From positions 44,576,001 through 44,640,000 of the forward strand of contig CP068257.2 in the NCBI GenBank assembly GCA_009914755.4: a DNA stretch of 64,000 nt, read 5' to 3'. The DNA is from the human T2T-CHM13v2.0 reference genome, Homo sapiens. The position numbers and the translations under genes were made by a program. This document shows, in pieces, positions 45,273-59,986 of the stretch. Each line of letters starts with the position of its first letter. Position 1 is the stretch's first letter. The notes below the pieces were generated by a model. It was not told where the DNA came from. It did no database searches and was given only the letters and a program-made list of their open reading frames with translations.

Positions 45273-48200
45273 GAAAAAAAAATCTCATCCCAAACCACTT
45301 AAATTATAGAGACTGATTTTAGTAATCGGACACATTCATTCACCCTTCCAAAACATATTCATTAAGCCTCCTCCAGATGCTAGGCATCATTCTAGGTACA
45401 AGGAATATTGCACTGAAACAAAACAGAGGCCCTGCCCTAAGCAATTTATACTTTAGTGAGGAGAGACAGACAAGGAACACATAACAAGAGAAACATGGTT
45501 TGAAGATGAGAAAGACAAAGCAGAGCCATGGAAACAAGAAGGTCGGAGATGGGCAAGCAGGGCCTAACAGAAGCAGACATTTGAGTAGAGATCTGAAGTG
45601 AGTACAAGATCAGCCATGGGGATGCTGGGGAGAATGGAGGGGCTGGACAGTCCTAGGCAAAAGGAACAGCAAACTCAGAGGCCCAACTGTGAACTGCCTA
45701 CCATGCTCAAGGAAGGAGCGGAGGTCAGAGAGGAAATGGGGGGCAGATCACTCAGGGCCCTGGCCACCCCTGCAAAGTTTGCCTTTGATTGCAGGTGAAA
45801 GAGGGAAACCACTGAGAGGCTGTAAGCAAGCAAGTGACACGACCTCCATCTTAACTCACTTGAAAGGCACCCACCAGGTCTACCAAGACTAAACTGCAGC
45901 CTACTGTAATAATCCAGAAGGAAGATGATAGTGGCTTGAGCCACGTGGTGGCCATGGAAGTCATAACAAGTGGTCCAATTCTGAATGTATTTTCAATAGA
46001 GCCAATAGGATATGTGAATGGGCTGATGTGAGGGGATGATTCCAAGGCACCTGATCTAGGCAGCTGGAAGGATGGAGCCGCCATCAACAGAGATGACCAC
46101 CAAAGGAAGGGGTTGGTTGGAAGAAAGCCGGGAACTGGATTTGGGATATGTTAACTTTGCAGTGGCTACCAGACATCCAATAGGTGTCTAATGAAGATTT
46201 CAAGGAAGCAGTAGCATGTTCAAGTGTGGAGTTCAGAGGTTTGAGATACAAATTTGGAGCTGTCAGAATAGTGATGTTACTTAAAAATCCATGAAACTGG
46301 ATGAAATTTCTGAGGAGTAGGTACAGACGATGCAGAGGAGAGGTTGAGAGAATGAATCCAGGGGGCAGCTGGGGGATGAGGAGGAACCAGCAGGGCAGGA
46401 GGGGGACCACGGACATCCTAGGAGCAAGGAGGGGAGGATCAAGTATGGGATGCTACCAAGGACTGGGATTCACGGTCATGTTCAACCCTGGGCCTTCATC
46501 CCCATGGGAAAGAAGGCTGAAGAAGTGAGTATCACAAGCGTTTTTGAGGAGTTTTACCATTAAGAGGGCAGAAACATGAAGTGGTGGCTAAAGAGGGAAG
46601 TGGGACCAAGACAGGGAGGCATGTTTCATGTCTGTGTGCTGCTGATGGGCACCACCTAATATGGGGAGGGGTGGTAGCACGAGAGAGATACTCATTGAAT
46701 GAATGTCCTTGGGTAGGTGGGAGATGAGATCCCAGCCCAGGGAAGGGCTGACTGACTACGAGCTGCATGGTTCGTTTCCAGCAACAAGAGGCGTCAGGAA
46801 GGGGATATAGGGAGGATGCTGGATGTGGCTGGGAGGGCAGGGAAGGCAGAGGACAACCTGTGGAAGGTCCCTTATTCCTGATTCTACTCAGTAAAATGGT
46901 AAACATGGCCATCAAATGAAAGCAAAGGAAAGGTATGCATGGGAGGGAGGGAAGTGGGCAATGTAGAGGAGGGGCAGCCCCAGCTCCTGTCCATTCACAG
47001 CATGGGATGATCCACCAATGCCTCAGGCTCCCAAGGGCAGGGTGCCTGTGGCCAGCCATAGTGTTCAGCACTCACCATCTTCTGAGCAGACTTAACCACA
47101 TGAATTTCCCAGAAAAACTTAACACTGACTTTCAATAATAAATAATAAATGAAATTCACTTCAATATAAACAGTTAGAAACATACTATCTAGGGCACTGC
47201 TTCTGTCTTCAAAGAGCTTTTAAATAGTTACATCACTAAAACTGTTGCTAATAATCCACCTGCCCTTCTCCATCCTGGCTGTCTTATATTAATCAAGCAA
47301 TAACCAGTCTCCCCTCACAGCATAAAGCAGACTAAACACACATGAATTAGAAGGAAGTGGGCTTCACCTCTTGTTCTCTTCTTTCTCCAGCAGCAGACTG
47401 CTCGACAAACACTGCGCCAAGAGCTCCTCAGCAGAAGCTCCTCGCATCAGATCCTCTGTGCTGGGAATCCTCCCCTCTTGAGCACACTCTGTGCTCCTCT
47501 TCCAGTTACGGTGCATGTGAAGCAATGGTATGGGAAAATTGTTTGCAGAAGGATGAAAAGGCTTTATTGCCAAACTGTAAGTACATGATTTGAAATGTTT
47601 ATGGTCAAGAGAAAATATTTCTACAGCATCATGTAAAGCATGTAGATACATTTGCACATGTGCATTAACATGTAAGAACATGTGCCTCAGACACATGTGC
47701 CCTCCTGGAACAGCTCATGCTGGCCCCATGCCTGCTTCCAAGCTTCCATCAAGTCAGGGAGTGGAGCAAAGAGGGAAGGCAGCCCCTGCACTGTAGGGAC
47801 CCTTACGCACAGAGGCATTGAGACTGCCTGTTCCTCTTGGAAGCTTCTGCTCTCAAGAGGCAGCTAGGTTTTTGGAGCTTCTCTGCTTCATGTCTTGCTT
47901 CCCACCCTAGGGTTCCAGATTCTGTTCTTCCCTAGTATTGGCAAGGTTTTTTATAGATAGCTCTTGGATACATTTGGAAGTAATGTTTACAAATGGTGAG
48001 AGAGAAGGCATCTGACATTTTTTTCTAAACACATGCCAATGTTTGTCTTTTCCCCACTAATTTCAATAATTTGGCCTAACACTTTTGTCACATATTCTGA
48101 CTCTTTATTCTGATCCATTTATCTACTCTGGCATCCCCACATGGTTTTAAGTACTGGAGCTTTACTGTATGTCTTGGTATCAGGCCAAGCAAACCATGTT

Positions 48201-50021
48201 AGTCTTATTTAAAACTTTCTCAGCAATTGATGCATATTTGTTTATCCTGATGAATTTCAGAACTTACCAGTACTGACATCTTCACAGCATTGTATCCTGT
48301 CAACAACCTAGTCTGAACCTCAATGGTTCAGGTTTCCTTTGCACATACAGGCCCTGAGAACTCATATGTTAATGAGAAAGACATTCCGGGAAACCAGGAG
48401 GTGAGGAGACCAAGGATTAGGCTCCACTCCTATTATGAAGATGAACAGTTTTTAGAGTATCATGGAGTTGGAGAAGGTACTTCAAGGATCTCTATGGGGA
48501 ACAAGAAGGAACAGCAAAGTTCCACCATCCTGTGCCCTTTCTGTTCAGGTTTATTGTTGTGAATGAGAATTTTTTTTTTTTTAACATGTTGTGGATCTAT
48601 CTATCTGATCACCTTATTGAACTGAGAATGGTTCTATGGACTTGACTTTTCTTGGACTGACAACTGTACTGTCTGGAAATGACAGTTTCTCCTTCCTTTC
48701 AGTATTTGTGCCTGTCTATCCCACATCCCTGTACTGGTCAGGATTTCCAGGACAATAGTGAATAATAGTCGGGACAACAGGCTGGTTCTGATTCCACTGT
48801 TCCTAACATTCTACCAAGAAGCATGTTTTTTTTCTATTTTGGTAGTTTTATGTTAGGTAGCCTTATCAAGTTAGGACTTTTTTTTTTTTTAACCCAAGCT
48901 AAAGAAAGTACCCAAAATAAAGAAATTTTATCAGGAACAGGTATAAATTTTAAGAAACGTATTTCAACGCCTGCTAAAATTACCACTTATTTTTCTATTA
49001 TGGCAACAAATTACATTAATAGATTTTCACTGTTATTGTTTATCCTGGGAGAAAGCATACTTGTGAACTTTTTTAGGTACTGTGCTTTCGAACCAAATTT
49101 GGAAGTGAGATGAAATGTCAGCTGTACTCTCCTGGTTAGGTATGATTTCAGGGTCAGGTATGCCTGATAAATGAAGTGAGATGCTTTAACTTTGTTCTAG
49201 AATAGTTTCTACTGCATGGGAATGATCTGTTCCTTGAGGATTTGTCACAGTCTGCCCACAGTGGACTGGATTTGGCATGTAGGATGTTAATTTCTATTTA
49301 CTTTGCAAGAAAAATACAGTTTAGCAAGCAACAGAAACATACTGAACATGAACCTCACCGTCCCTCTCTCAGCTGTAGCTCCTTCTGCGTCTGCAACCTG
49401 GCTTGTTCCCACGACAAAGGAACATCATATTTTTTCAAATCGTTTTTAAAAAAATACACACATATCTGACCATCTTCACTCAGCGCCTCTGAGAAAACAA
49501 TACAAAAACAGATAAAGAGGCCAGCCTGGCCAACCCTGTCTCAAAAAAAAAAAAAACACACAAAAAAAAACAAAAACAGGTACAAATAATATTTAAACAG
49601 CGACAGGTGGCATGTGCTTAAATTCACTGATTTAAGTGCAAGACCTTTGATTAAAGTCACACAATTATGTGACTTCCACACTTGGGTTAAATAGGCTCCC
49701 AGGGTCCATGCATCACTCAAAGTCCAGACAAGCTTACATCGAGACTGGCAGGGCCAGTAATGACTACTCAAAAGCCACAAAATCCTCTCTAAGAGCCATC
49801 CTAGGGGGCCTGTTTCAGGGAGGTGAGTTCAGGCTCTACCAGAAACTTCCTAGCCTGTCTCAATGTTTTTAAGTCACTCACTTGAAGAGGGAAGTCCTAA
49901 GGAAAGGAAGGATAGAGACCCAAAAGAAAAGCAGCAACATCAACTAAACATCTTCCTTTGCAGAAACTGGACCAGGAAAGTCTCGTGAGGAGCTGATCCC
50001 ATTGCATCAAGCTCTAATTAC

Positions 50022-50279
50022 CTGATGTAACAGGAAGCCGGGGGGGCGTCCAGTCTCTCAGCTTGTGGTTGATACACAAGGCGATAAGATCATCCCATGG
50101 GATCTCCATGACCGAGGGGCCTGCCCCATGGACTGGGGAGGGACTCTTGCTCTTCCACCTACAGTAGGTTCTGTGGAGCAGGTTCTCCACCTGGGACTGG
50201 AGGACAGGCTGTGTCTGGCGTGAGCTGGGGATCTGGGAGGCGTACTGGACAACCATGGAGCACACGGGGAGCCAGGGGG
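50022..50279 (-). CDS. MCM3AP: coding exon (A)[85 protein letters not shown]
   Basis: ORF 50014..50265(-); acceptor ttctccccag|CC CCC TGG; donor ACA TCA G|gtaatt; phase continuous with neighbours. Confidence 0.6.
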
Positions 50280-51363
50280 CTGGGGAGAAAGTGCCTCATT
50301 AGTTACAGGTTTGGCCAAAATACAGGTGAAAATGTACATGAAAACATTTTCTCAGGAGAAGGCAACTGTGAAGTTGAGAAGTCTGCTTTCTAAACACAGC
50401 AGAACCACAGTTGTTGAGGGGGAAGAGCAGCTTGCTCCCAGGGTCTAGGTGAGGGATGCAGACAGTCCCCCTTAACAGTGTTGCTAGCCAAGTTCTACCC
50501 AGAAGTTCTGACTGTACAGGCCTGTGGTTGTGCCTAGGAAATCTGTATTTTAACAAGCACCCAGATGAGTCTGGTATAAGCAGTCTTAGCTTATTTTGGG
50601 GAACCCCAACCTAACCAGAGCACCGAGGGCTTGTGCTGAGTGGTTTGCTTCCCTTTGGGTTCCTTCAATAATGAGCATGAGTTAGACCTACTACAGACCA
50701 CACACCACAATTTAGAAGGGCGCCTGAGGCCCAAAGGGGAGTGTCTGTGCTAATGCCACAACTTCTGCCAGATAAGCAGCTCATTCCCTTCTGAGTGCAT
50801 AGGAAGGAGCAGCCCCATGCCATACTGGGCTTGAGCCAGCCAGATGGCCTGTCGGATCTGTGTCAAAACAGCCCAAAGACCTCAGCCAGGAACAGGGGCA
50901 CAGCCAGAGCCATAGAAGAAGGCCTCTTTGACAAAGAAAGAATGTTAAATCAGCACTGAGTGCCATGGCTGCGGCTTGGGGACAGGGCTACATGGTCCCC
51001 ATGCTCTTTGCCCCTTGTCTGTTCTGAAAACAGGGACCCTGTGGGCAGGCAGGACAGGATCAGGGTTGGTGTTCCTCCCAGTACCACTTGTCACTTTTCT
51101 CCTGAAGCTGAGTGAACTCCCATGGACTGCCTTGCTGGTCAGGAAAGGCTAACAGCCCCCACTCCACAAAACCCAGCTTGTTCTGGCTCATGAACCCAAA
51201 GGACCAAAGGAAGGTGCAGGCGAGCACAGCATGGAGACACACGGAGGTGGACGTGCAGCCCTCACACTGGTGCCCAACACCTGCCAGACGGTTACTACAG
51301 TGAGAAGGAAGCCTGAGACTTGGCTGCAGCCACCCACCAGACCTCCCCAGGTCAAGCACGTAC

Positions 51364-51754
51364 CCCCCAGGGGTGGAAGGTCCATCTGCGGAAGCTGGAA
51401 CCCGAGCACAGCCTGCTTCAGCCAGGCCAGGTGCTCTGGGGCATTCCAGTGCAGGTGAGGAAGCAGCCGGCTGCCCCCTGCCTCAGCAAACTCAGTGACA
51501 GGCCAGGACAGGTCACACAGCTGTTCAGAGGACACCACAGAAGCCAGGAACTGCAGCACACTGTTAAACAGCTCAATGATGGCGCCAGGCTCCTGAGAAG
51601 CAAGACCGCCCAGACGCCTCTCTCTTCTGTCATGGAAAAAGCGGCCACTAAACTCATGGCCAATCCCGTCTTCGACGTACTGAATGAGAGTCTGGCAGCA
51701 GAGGTCAAGGGAATGGGGGCAGTGGGAAACCAGCCACTGCACTGCTTGCAAAAC
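51364..51754 (-). CDS. MCM3AP: 391-nt coding exon [130 protein letters not shown]
   Basis: within ORF 51188..51844(-); acceptor tctcttctttcttctcag|GTT TTG CAA; donor CTG GGG G|gtacgt; repeat-free, protein-like composition. Confidence 0.7.
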
Positions 51755-52139
51755 CTGAGAAGAAAGAAGAGACTTGGTTGAACAATTCACACTGTTTTTC
51801 AAAAACAGCTTTCTGAAAGGGCTTGATCCCCCAAGGTTGCCCACAGCAGGTAATACCAGAGTACTGGGCTCTCAACTGTGGTAGGAAGGGGAACAGAAGT
51901 GTCCTATGCAGTTGAGTTTAGCCTTCTAGGGCTCTGGAGACATGTCCAGTAGGGGCACTAAAGAGAGCCCCCAGATCCCACCTGGCCTGAGGAGGAGTGT
52001 GACCTGCATGGTTGCCCCATGGAAAGGCCCAGGCCCTCAGGAAACCAGCCCTGAACATCCCCTTCACCATGCACAGAAATGGAGTCTTCTCCTTTTTGGA
52101 AGGACTAACAGCTTCACTATGTGCCAAGGTGCCTTCACA

Positions 52140-52500
52140 CCCTATGGTTATCTTACTTCCTATAGTTATTTTAATTCCTGGCACCTCTTTCTCTAAATTG
52201 TTAGCAAAGACTCCCCCTGCCCTATTTTTTTTGTTTTTGAGAAGGGGGTCTTGCTATGTTGGCCAGGCTGGTCTCAAACTCCTGAGCTCAAGCAGTCCTC
52301 CTGCTTCAGCCTCCGAGTAGCAGAGACTACAGGTGCGAGGAGCCACCACGCCCAGCTTCAGACTTCCTTTTTAAAGGAAACATCAAATAACATTATTTCT
52401 TCATATATTCAGAGGACAATTACCCTAGAAAAATAACTTCTGTATCTGACCTTCAGATATAAGACATGTTCATATTTTAAATTCATAGAAACAAAAACAC
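52140..52500. repeat. copy 1 of a ~360-bp local segmental duplication (intronic, contains an Alu-derived fragment)
   Basis: about 90% identical to 53590-54280, apart from a full Alu present only in copy 2. Confidence 0.8.
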
Positions 52501-52589
52501 TAAAAAATTTTACATGAACAATTTAATTTGCAGATAGCAGGACTGTGGGCAAATTTTATCTTTTATTTTGATTTCTGCTTATGTTTTTA

Positions 52590-52727
<138 letters not shown>

Positions 52728-52863
52728 CTATACTGGGTGACAATAAAACCCTGTCTCTTAAGAAAAAGACAATGCAAACGCTAATATACACTCAATTCAA
52801 GATACAGCAAAAGGGGAAAAAACAAAATATCTTGACAGACCATTAAAAATGATGAAACCTTAC

Positions 52864-52961
52864 CTTAGTTGAACCTTGTAGATCATTAATGGTATCAGGG
52901 ATCTCGGTAACAGTGTAATCTGAAATCAGCTTAGCTGAAACCAAGTCCTGTAGCATCAGAC
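52864..52961 (-). CDS. MCM3AP: 98-nt coding exon (G)[32 protein letters not shown]
   Basis: ORF 52843..53028(-); acceptor tgtcttaaag|GT CTG ATG (weak pyrimidine tract); donor ACT AAG|gtaagg; the 2-nt start completes the Gly codon left open by the upstream exon. Confidence 0.55.
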
Positions 52962-53184
52962 CTTTAAGACAGACATAGATGAAGGTCACTTGCATTCTGC
53001 TGTCAGCACACCTGCTAACATATCTCACTGTGCTGACCCCACCCAGTCCTGCAGTGGACAGTCACCACAGGGGTTGCTGTCTCAGTGATTCCTGACCCCA
53101 ACACTACTGGACCATCCTCAGACCCAGGGCCTCCACCCATTTATTAAACAATGCTGCTTCATAAACGAGACTTCCTTCACAAAC

Positions 53185-53443
53185 CATCTTCTACTTCCTT
53201 CTCAACGGCGTCCCCTCCTGGGCTAGGCACAAGAACCACCAGAGGAAGCGCAGGCTGGAAGGGCTTAGCCTGCAGGAGCTGCTTGAGCTGCAGCAAGGCC
53301 GACAGCCAGTACACGTCCTCCTCTGCCATGTCCTCACTCTTCATTTTGGGGGGAAGCAGCAGCATGAGCCCACTGGCTCCCAGGAGGTCCTTCTGTGTCT
53401 CCACAGCATCAATGGCACCATCACTGAGGGCGCCATGGGCCAC
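53185..53443 (-). CDS. MCM3AP: 259-nt coding exon [86 protein letters not shown](G)
   Basis: ORF 53177..53581(-); acceptor ttgatgctgttgcag|GTG GCC CAT; donor GAT G|gtttgt. Confidence 0.7.
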
Positions 53444-53589
53444 CTGCAACAGCATCAAGATCATCAGGAGAGATGCACCATGGGACGCATCAGCAGTGAC
53501 TGATCTGCCCCAGAGCAAGTGCAGCCAAAGCTCTCCGTGCACTAAATACTGACTGTACTCCAGACAGGCCTCCAAGGGCACAGCTGGGC

Positions 53590-54280
<691 letters not shown>

Positions 54281-55753
54281 TAAATGCAACAGAATTAGTG
54301 CAAGAAACAGCCAGGTCAACAGGTAATTTAGCCTCCAGCTAGAATTGTGTTTGACCATATTACTATAACTTTAATTAACCTTAAACAGGTATAAAAAAGT
54401 TAAAGCTAGGCACAGTGGCTCATGACTGTAATCCCAGCACTTGGGGAGGCCAAGGCAGGAGAACTGTTTGAGGCCAGGAGCCAGGAATTCAAGACCAGCC
54501 TGGGCAACATAGCAAGACCCCATCTCTACAAAAATAAACAAAAATATAAGCCCATAATAATAGAAAGAGGGAAGGCAAGCCAGCAGCAGATGAGGGATTC
54601 TGATACATTTCTAGAAAGCAGCAAATAGGTGTGACCAATCCCTGGGTTAGGGAAGCAGAGGATGCCATACCTAAAGGCTGCAGATGTGGGTGTGTAAGGA
54701 GTCAGGTTGACTGAGCCTGCAAAAGCCCTGTATACCCAGGCGCTGCAGACACCAGGAGCCAAAGGTGAAGTTCAGAGCCTGACCCTATTGGCGGCACCCA
54801 CCACTGCAGGCAACCTCTATGCAAAACCAGTCCCCCTGGGCCCCTGAACAGGAGTCCTGAGAGGATCCAGATGCAGGGCCATGGTCAGGCACAGTGGAAG
54901 GGACTCAGCGCCAAACCACTCCCAACCCTACCCTGAGAATACCAGCAGCTCCCCAGAAAGCAGATGGCACAAGTCCTTTCCAGAAAAACTGAACAGTCTA
55001 GGGAACAGCCATCCAGATCCAGACATTTGGGAGTCCCTCCAAAAAGCCTGGCTTGCCATTTAGCTACCATCCACCCCACCCCAAACACAGAACTTCTTGG
55101 CTAGCCTTTTAGGGCCTCACTCAGATATAGACAGATAGCCTTGGGTAAGGCATCTGAGGAGGGCCTCCAACATAAAAGAGATAAACTGGAGTAACAGAGA
55201 GGAAAAAAAAAAAAAAGAGGAACCAGATAATACGTGAACCAAAGAAAACTTAGACCCCAAAAACCCTAATTTCCTTGGAAAGATAAGATGATGCATCCAA
55301 AAAATAAGATGCTATGAAAAAGTCATGATAAAAAGAAAGAGGAAATAAGTAATATATATGGAATAAAAAATTCAGTAGGACAATTGGAAAATAAAGTCAA
55401 GGAACTCTTTCAGAACACAGTAGGAAGAGATGAGATTGAAAATAGGATAGAAAATAGGATAAGAAACTCAGAGGATCAATTGATGAGGCCTAACATCTAT
55501 CTAATAGAAGTTCAAGAGAGAACAGAAAAAAGACAGAGTGTCATAAAGACATGAAAATGTCCCAGAAGTGAAATAGGAGTCTCTAGCCTGAAAGGACCTG
55601 CTAAGCCCTGCACAGTGAGTGAAGCTAGTCCAGTGCCAGTGTAACAAAGTGAATTTTTAGGACGCCATGAACAGAGAGAAAAGGCTTCCACAGAGAAAAC
55701 CAGGCCACACAGAAAGGAACAGGAATGGTACAGCAACAATGGATGCTAGGTGA

Positions 55754-56095
<342 letters not shown>

Positions 56096-58027
56096 TAATT
56101 TTACAAACGTAGCTAAACTATGAAGCAAATGTCAGAATGAAATAAATGCATTTTCTTTTTCTTTCCCCCAGCTTAAGGTATTTTGTTAATAAAATCATTT
56201 TCATAATGGAAAAGACTCAGAAAATTCCCCTCGCATGACATATAACATCCAACAAGGGGCTGAACCAAGAAAAAATACTGCAGCTGCTGCTAATGGCAAC
56301 ACTGAGCAAGCACCTGGCCTGTGCCAGGCACTGTCCTGTGCAGTCTGTGTTTGCACTCATTTTATCCTCAAGAGCCAGATGAGCATCTCCACCAGACAGC
56401 ACCTGCAGAGGCTTGGGCAGTTTATTTTACCGTCTCTGAGTAAAATAGGGATAATAAGTAACAGTACCCATACACAGGTGGCAGAGACGCTAGGGAACTT
56501 GCCCAAGGTCACAGAGCTTCCAAGTGGAGGAGCAGGGACACATATGCTCACAATGATGGCACTAAGGCACATGTTGCCTGGATGGAGACCAGCCCACAGA
56601 TGAGAGTTCCAGGACAGAGGGAACATGGATGGATCAAGTGAAGTGACAGAACATTTGGAAAACTCTACCGAGATATATACGGCCCCCCAGTAAAATTAAA
56701 GAGATAAAGAGAACTACATTAAGTGAGACAATAAGGCAACTCTATTTCTTGCAGGAAAAAAATAATTGTGGTTATAGAACACTACTGGTTCTGAGGTGAA
56801 TAGCAGTCACAGAGCCATCAAAATATGACCCCACTCACTGAAGTAATACAAAGTGCTAGTGTAGCTATCCCGGGAAGACGTGGAAGGCCGAGCAAGGACC
56901 ATGGCACAAGAGGCCACGCTGTACCTAGTATGGTATGCAGTGGCCAAGAGGACCCCCCTGATTCCACCTAGTGTTCATGCCCACGTGTGATCTCCTGCCC
57001 CGTGAGCTGGGCCTAGCCACTCACTTCTGACAGACAGAAGCCAACAAAAGCAACAGGATGTCACTTCTAAGTTTAGGTTATAAACACACTCAGACTTCCA
57101 TCTAGGCTCACCTCTTGCTCACTCTGATGAAAGCCAGCTGCCATGCTGTCAGCTGGGGAGAGGCCCATGTGGCAGGAACTGAGGAAGTCTTTGGCCACAG
57201 CCTGCAAGGAAGTGAATCCTGACACAAGCTCACTAGAGTGAGCTGGGAAGTAGATACCCTTCAGTCAAGCTTTCAGATGAGGCCACAATCCTAGCCAACA
57301 TTTTCATTTCCACCCATGAGAAACCTTGAGCCAGAAGACCCAAGCTAAGCTACACCTGGATTCCTGACCCACAGATACCATGATAACAGACATTATTTTA
57401 AGCTGCTATGTTAGGAGTAATTAGTTATTTAGGAATAAGGTAACTAATACATTTATATTAATGGGAAGTCAGCAGAGAACATTTAAATGGATAAACTGAG
57501 AAATGGCTGTGTAAGTGTGTGATCTGGAAACAGGAGAAAAATGCAGCCCTGAAGAAAGGAGTTAAGAGAGGAAGGAGGAGCTACTATGTCTCATTTTAAA
57601 TCACGTGGGTGGCATTATTTGACTTCTTTTTAAGTACACGGAAGTGTTACTTTCTTAAATGAAAATGAAGGTAACAGCAGCAGTAAACTAATTTCCAGTA
57701 GATGAAATGTGACTTTGTAATCCCAGGAAAAGGGAAGAATTTGCACCAAGAAGTTACTGTTACCTCAGAATGGCAAGAGCATGGATGGCTCTTATCATCA
57801 TCTTTATACTTCTTTTACATTTCCTCATTTTTTAAAAGTTTTGTGTACATATTACATTTAGGAAATCCAATATATAGTATTAAAACAGAAAAAGTAAAGA
57901 AGCAGGCTGGGCTTGGTGCCCACTACTCAATTTGACTGGCTTAAAAAAATAATTTTTTAAACGACATGTACGGACAGACATAATACTTGCTTCTGAGCCT
58001 CCCAGTCTTTCAAAACCACATTAGGGA

Positions 58028-58271
58028 ATAAGCAGTATTTGCATGGTTCCAGTGATATCTGGGAGTAAGTGAAAGTAATGAAAACACAGAAGTAAACACA
58101 AAGTAATTATAGTTCACCTTTATACACACGTTAACAGAAATCATCTGATCCCCTTTGCTGCTAAGTGAGTTGAAAAGCGAAAGCGTCTGAATCCCACCAG
58201 CATCGCTGGATGTGTCATCCACTGAGCCTTCATCTCCCATGAACTTGACTTTTAACCAATTTGCTAGAATT
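58028..58271 (-). CDS. candidate coding exon (R)[51 protein letters not shown]; alternative donor 12 nt earlier (AAC|gtgtgt at 58040)
   Basis: acceptor ttttttttaaatctgtag|A ATT CTA; donor ATA AAG|gtgaac; the 1-nt start matches the 2-nt overhang of the 61.4 kb exon; CpG-containing, repeat-free. Confidence 0.35.
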
Positions 58272-58474
58272 CTACAGATTTAAAAAAAACAAAAAACAAA
58301 AAAAACACTTGAAGAATCTAATTCTATATTTGAATTATAAAGACTTTCAGGAAAAGAAGAAAGAAAAATATCACACAGACCTAGGTCCACAAATACCACA
58401 TCTTACTATGAAGCTGATCTGCACAAAACAGGCTGTTGTTTTAAAATGGAGCAACGATCTGTACTCGTTCTTTT

Positions 58475-58755
58475 TTTTTTTTTTTTTTTTTGAGCCAGGG
58501 TCTCGCTCTGTCGCCCAAGCTAGAGTGCAATGGCACAAACTTGGCTCACCGCAGCAAGCAAACCTGCCTCAGTAGCTGAGACTACAGGCATGGGCCACCA
58601 TGCCCAGCTAATCTTTCCATTTTTTTTGTAGAGTGTCACTCAAAGGGTCTCACTATGTTGCTCATGCTGGCCTCAAACTCCTGGGCTCAAGCAATCCTCC
58701 CTCCACAGCCTCCCCAGTTGCTGGGATTACAGGCATGAGCCACTGCTCCCGGCTT
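58475..58755 (-). mobile_element. Alu (diverged)
   Basis: poly-T then gagccagggtctcgctctgtcgcccaagctagagtgcaatggcacaaacttggctcaccgcagc... Confidence 0.85.
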
Positions 58756-58994
58756 CTACTTGTTCTTAATTGGGCAGGAGGAGGGGGCACTCCATTCCAT
58801 TAGAATGGAACTGGCTCATTCTAATGTGACTTAAAATTCTGAAGCATTAAGATTTTCAGCAATAGAAAACATCCCTAGAGTTTGAAATACATGTTTTTTA
58901 CAGATCAAATTTCTCATACCTGAGACCTTAAGAATTCTTAAGTGACATACGAACTTAGCAAATGAGAAGACAGCTATTTTAAGAAATGACTCAC

Positions 58995-59297
<303 letters not shown>

Positions 59298-59448
59298 CTA
59301 AGTGAAAAGGTGTTCTGGAATTATTAACAGTGATGGTTGCAAAACCCTGTGAATATATCTAAAAATCACTGAAATGTACACTTTAAATGGGTGAAGTTTA
59401 TGGTATGTGAATAACATTTCAATAAAGCTATTTTAAAAATAAACTGTA

Positions 59449-59745
59449 AGCCGGGTGTGGTGGCTCACGCCTGTAATCCCAAAACTTTGGTAGACTGAAG
59501 CATGCAGATTGCTTGAGCCCAGGAGTTCAAGACCAGCTTGGGCAACATAGTGAAACCCCATCTTTAAAAAAAAAACATTAACCAGGCATGGTGGCACACG
59601 CCTGTAGTTCCAGCTACTCAGGAGGCTGAGGTGAGAAGATCAGTTGAGCCCAGGAGGTCAAGGCTGCGGTGAGCTGTTATCACACCACTGCCCTCTAGCC
59701 TGGGTGACAACAAAGCAAGACCCTGTCTCAAAAAAACACAAAGAG
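59449..59745 (+). mobile_element. Alu
   Basis: gccgggtgtggtggctcacgcctgtaatcccaaaactttggtagactgaagcatgcagattgcttgagcccaggagttcaagacc... Confidence 0.9.
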
Positions 59746-59986
59746 ACTGTAGTTGCTTTAAAAATATGACTTCTGTATGCTATGTGGTTACAGAAAATAA
59801 GATCATGTCAATTTTTTCTTTTTTAAAATGCCAAAAGTTTCTTTAAGGGGAAAAAAATGGAACTATAGTAAACAGACTATAAACTATCTTACTGAAGAGT
59901 CTAAAATGAAGCAGGTCTATCAATGTACCTTAACACAGCTTGAAATAACAATCAACTCTTAAATGCTTTTGGTCTAAGACTGTTGC

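Noticed and set aside
46532-47071. 179-aa minus ORF
   Set aside because: It has no splice-site support, a low-complexity composition, and is not phase-compatible with the flanking exon chain.
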